The position numbers were made by a program, and so were the translations under genes. The notes under the pieces are model-generated. The model searched no databases. It saw only the letters and a list, made by a program, of their open reading frames with translations, and was not told where the DNA came from. A DNA stretch of 64,000 nt, taken from positions 20,832,001 through 20,896,000 of the forward strand of contig NC_135823.1 in NCBI RefSeq assembly GCF_964213995.1, given 5' to 3'. This DNA is from Mustelus asterias. Taxonomy: Eukaryota. Position 1 is the stretch's first letter; the number at the start of each line of letters is the position of its first letter. This document shows positions 61,260-64,000 of this stretch, one piece after another.

Positions 61260-64000
61260 GTGAGTCAGTATGAACTATCTCCCTTGGAAGATGGCAGGTA
61301 ACTACAAAGCTATTCAGGTTTAGTAAAACGCTGCCCTCCTTATATGTAATTCTGAGCTCTCTTACTTGAACCACTGTTTCTCAGCAAGGTGGCCTCTGTA
61401 AATGGTTGATCACTGACGCAGTGGTTCCATGGGGCTGGAACACATCACTTGCTATTAGTGGTTACATCACCCTATGGTGTGTGTGTGTCCCTGCTGGTGT
61501 AACCACTCAATTATAGATATCACATTCCACGTAAGTTACAAATGGGGATTCCAGTTGGATAATTAGGTACCATGGCTGGAAGTTTACCATCCCGCCCACC
61601 ATGGGAATCGGAATGGGCGACAATAAGAAGGTCTGTTGACCTCGGGCTTTTATGGTTTCGGGACGAATGTGGCCGTAAAATCCCATCCCATGTTCCCAGA
61701 CCCTAGCAATGCAATTATATTAATGTGCAGGCATGTATTAACCAGCAGTATATATAGATTGTATGTGAAGTCATTAATGTAAAAGCATGCTCAAATTAAT
61801 GGCTTAAAATTTACTATCTTCAACAGTAAAACAAGTAGTCTGCATTAAAATGATGGACAAAGAGTCTATTACGGTCTATTAAACTGTCAGTAATTAGCCT
61901 GGGTTTCCTTTATCTCCAGCTGGAGATGTCATTGCTGCTAAACTAAAGATTCTGTTGTTTGCATCAGTGCCAACAAGACACACTCTCAGGTCTAACCATC
62001 TCCTCTTGTCTTTCAATGGCATTACCATAGCTAAATTTCCATTATCACCATTGACTAGAAACTGAACTGGAGCAGCCATATAAATACGGTAGTTATAAGA
62101 GCAAAGGTTGGGACTCTGGTTATGAGTAACTCGCCTCCTGGCTCCCCAAAGCTCCGCCATCTACAGGGGACAAGTCAGGATTGTGAAGGAATACTCTCCA
62201 CTTACCTGGATAAGTACAGCTCCAACAACACAAGAAGTTTGACACCATCCAAGTAAAACAACCTGTTTGATTGGCACCCCATCCGTCACCTTGAACATCC
62301 ACTCCCTCCACCGCCGACGCTCAGTAGCAGCATCTACAAGATGCACTGCAGCAACTCACTAAGGCTCCTCCAACAACAGTGAATTCTACTGCCTAGGACA
62401 AGGGAAATAGGTGCATGGGAACACCACCCCCTCAAAGTGATACACATTACTGAGTTGAAATTATATCACCGTTCCTTCACTGTCGCTGGGTTAAAATCCT
62501 GGAACTCCCTCCCTAACAGCACTGTGGGTGTACCTACACCATTTGGCACAGTGGCACACTGTTTATCACTGTCGTCTCAGGGCATCAGGAATCCGGGTTC
62601 GATTCCCGGCTTGGGTCACTGTCTGTGTGGAGTCTGCATGTTCTCCCCGTGTCTGCGTGGGTTTCCTCCGGGTGCTCCGGTTTCCTCCCACAGTCCAAAA
62701 GATGTGCTGGTTAAATGCATTGGGCATGCAAATCTCTCCCTCAGTATACCCAAACAGGCGCCGGAGTGTGGCGACGAGGGGATTTTCACAGTAACTTCAT
62801 TGCAGTGTTAATGTAACCGTACTTGTGACGGCTTAAGGGAAATTAAGATTGGGTAACATATGCTAGCCTTGCCAGCAACACTCACATCCCATGAAAGAAT
62901 CAAAACAATATATATTTTCACATCTCGCTGTAAAGTACAACTTCCCCAAACGCAGTCGGACATCATATACCGGACCAGTCTGATGTTTTTGAATTTCGTG
63001 CCCCTATCTCTCATTATGTACCATACCTGAGCACCTCCCCTCAAAGGGGGGGCTATCTCCTTTGTTTAGCACATTTTTTGTTTTACAAGATTGCTAAGAT
63101 TGGAAACTCACCACCTACTTCACCCAACTCCTTCAGAGAAGAGGTAACTTGCCATCCTTACTTGGTCTGGCCTTCATGTGACTTGAGTTCCAGACTTTGT
63201 GATTGGCACTTTGGCACGACATGGGAATGGTTAATAAATATTGGCTTGCTTTGGGGTGGCACGGTAGTTAACACTGCTGTCTCACAGCGCCAGGGACCCG
63301 GGTTCAATTCCGGCCACAGATTGCTGTCTGTGTGGAGTCTGCACGTTCTCCCCGTGTCTGCGTGTCTTTCCTCCGGGTGCTTCACTTTCATCCCACAGTC
63401 CAAAAGACGTGCGGGTGTGGCGGATTGGCCATGCTGAATTGCCCCTTAGTGTCGGGGGACTAGCAGGGTAAATACATGGGGTTACGGAGATAGAGCCTGG
63501 GTGGGATTGTGGTCAGTGTAGACTCAATGGGTCAAATGGCCTCCTTCTGCTCTGTAGGGATTCTATATCCCAGTGACAAACAGAAAGCGCATGTGGGAGA
63601 GGAGAATAAAGACAGAAATCTGCCTCTTACTGACTCAATAATCCATCTTTAAGTGGTTATAATGAAATGTAACTGAAATTCTGTTTAAAGGGAGTGAATA
63701 TTTCAGATAAACATTTAGTTTTTAAATGTTCAGCTCACTGAAAGCCTCTTTAATGCTAAATTAAATGTAATAGTGACTCTTTAGTGCGCCAATCATGTTT
63801 GTAAGAACCTATTTGCGTTACCTTATGCTCTGCTGAGTGACAGGTTCATTTACTGCACGTATAATTCAACCAATGAGCAGTTGCAATTTAGATTTGATGA
63901 ACTGCACTTACACTTACACAATCCAATTATGTTCAAATATTTTGGCTAAAGTTTTTTAAAATTTTACACCATTCTTCAAGTTGCAAAGCCAATGTGTAGA

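Overview
Eukaryotic, repeat-rich vertebrate DNA. The HE1-type V-SINEs, HER1/CR1 LINEs and Deu-domain SINEs point to a shark or other cartilaginous fish (inference). The window holds the conserved block found at human 16p13.3: RNF151-like (+, ATG exon not located), an unannotated-looking SNHG9-type host transcript (-) carrying a SNORA78-like H/ACA snoRNA, RPS2 (+, complete, 279 aa, with an intronic SNORA10/SNORA64-family snoRNA), NDUFB10 (-, complete, 174 aa) and RPL3L (+, exons 1-7, running off the window). Almost all ORFs in the supplied track are spurious repeat ORFs; the real genes were rebuilt by hand from splice sites and reading phase. Main observations: (1) three Penelope-type element families carrying minimal hammerhead-ribozyme cores, including a ~100-190 bp TSD-flanked non-autonomous element and a 1.64 kb fold-back GIY-YIG insertion; (2) an RPS2/SNHG9-SNORA78 bidirectional unit with an AUA terminal box; (3) an RNF151 extended by three extra exons and apparently inverted relative to human; (4) two GC-AG introns; (5) an orphan C2H2 zinc-finger fragment. 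Homology calls rest on my recollection of the human or family sequences, not on searches.
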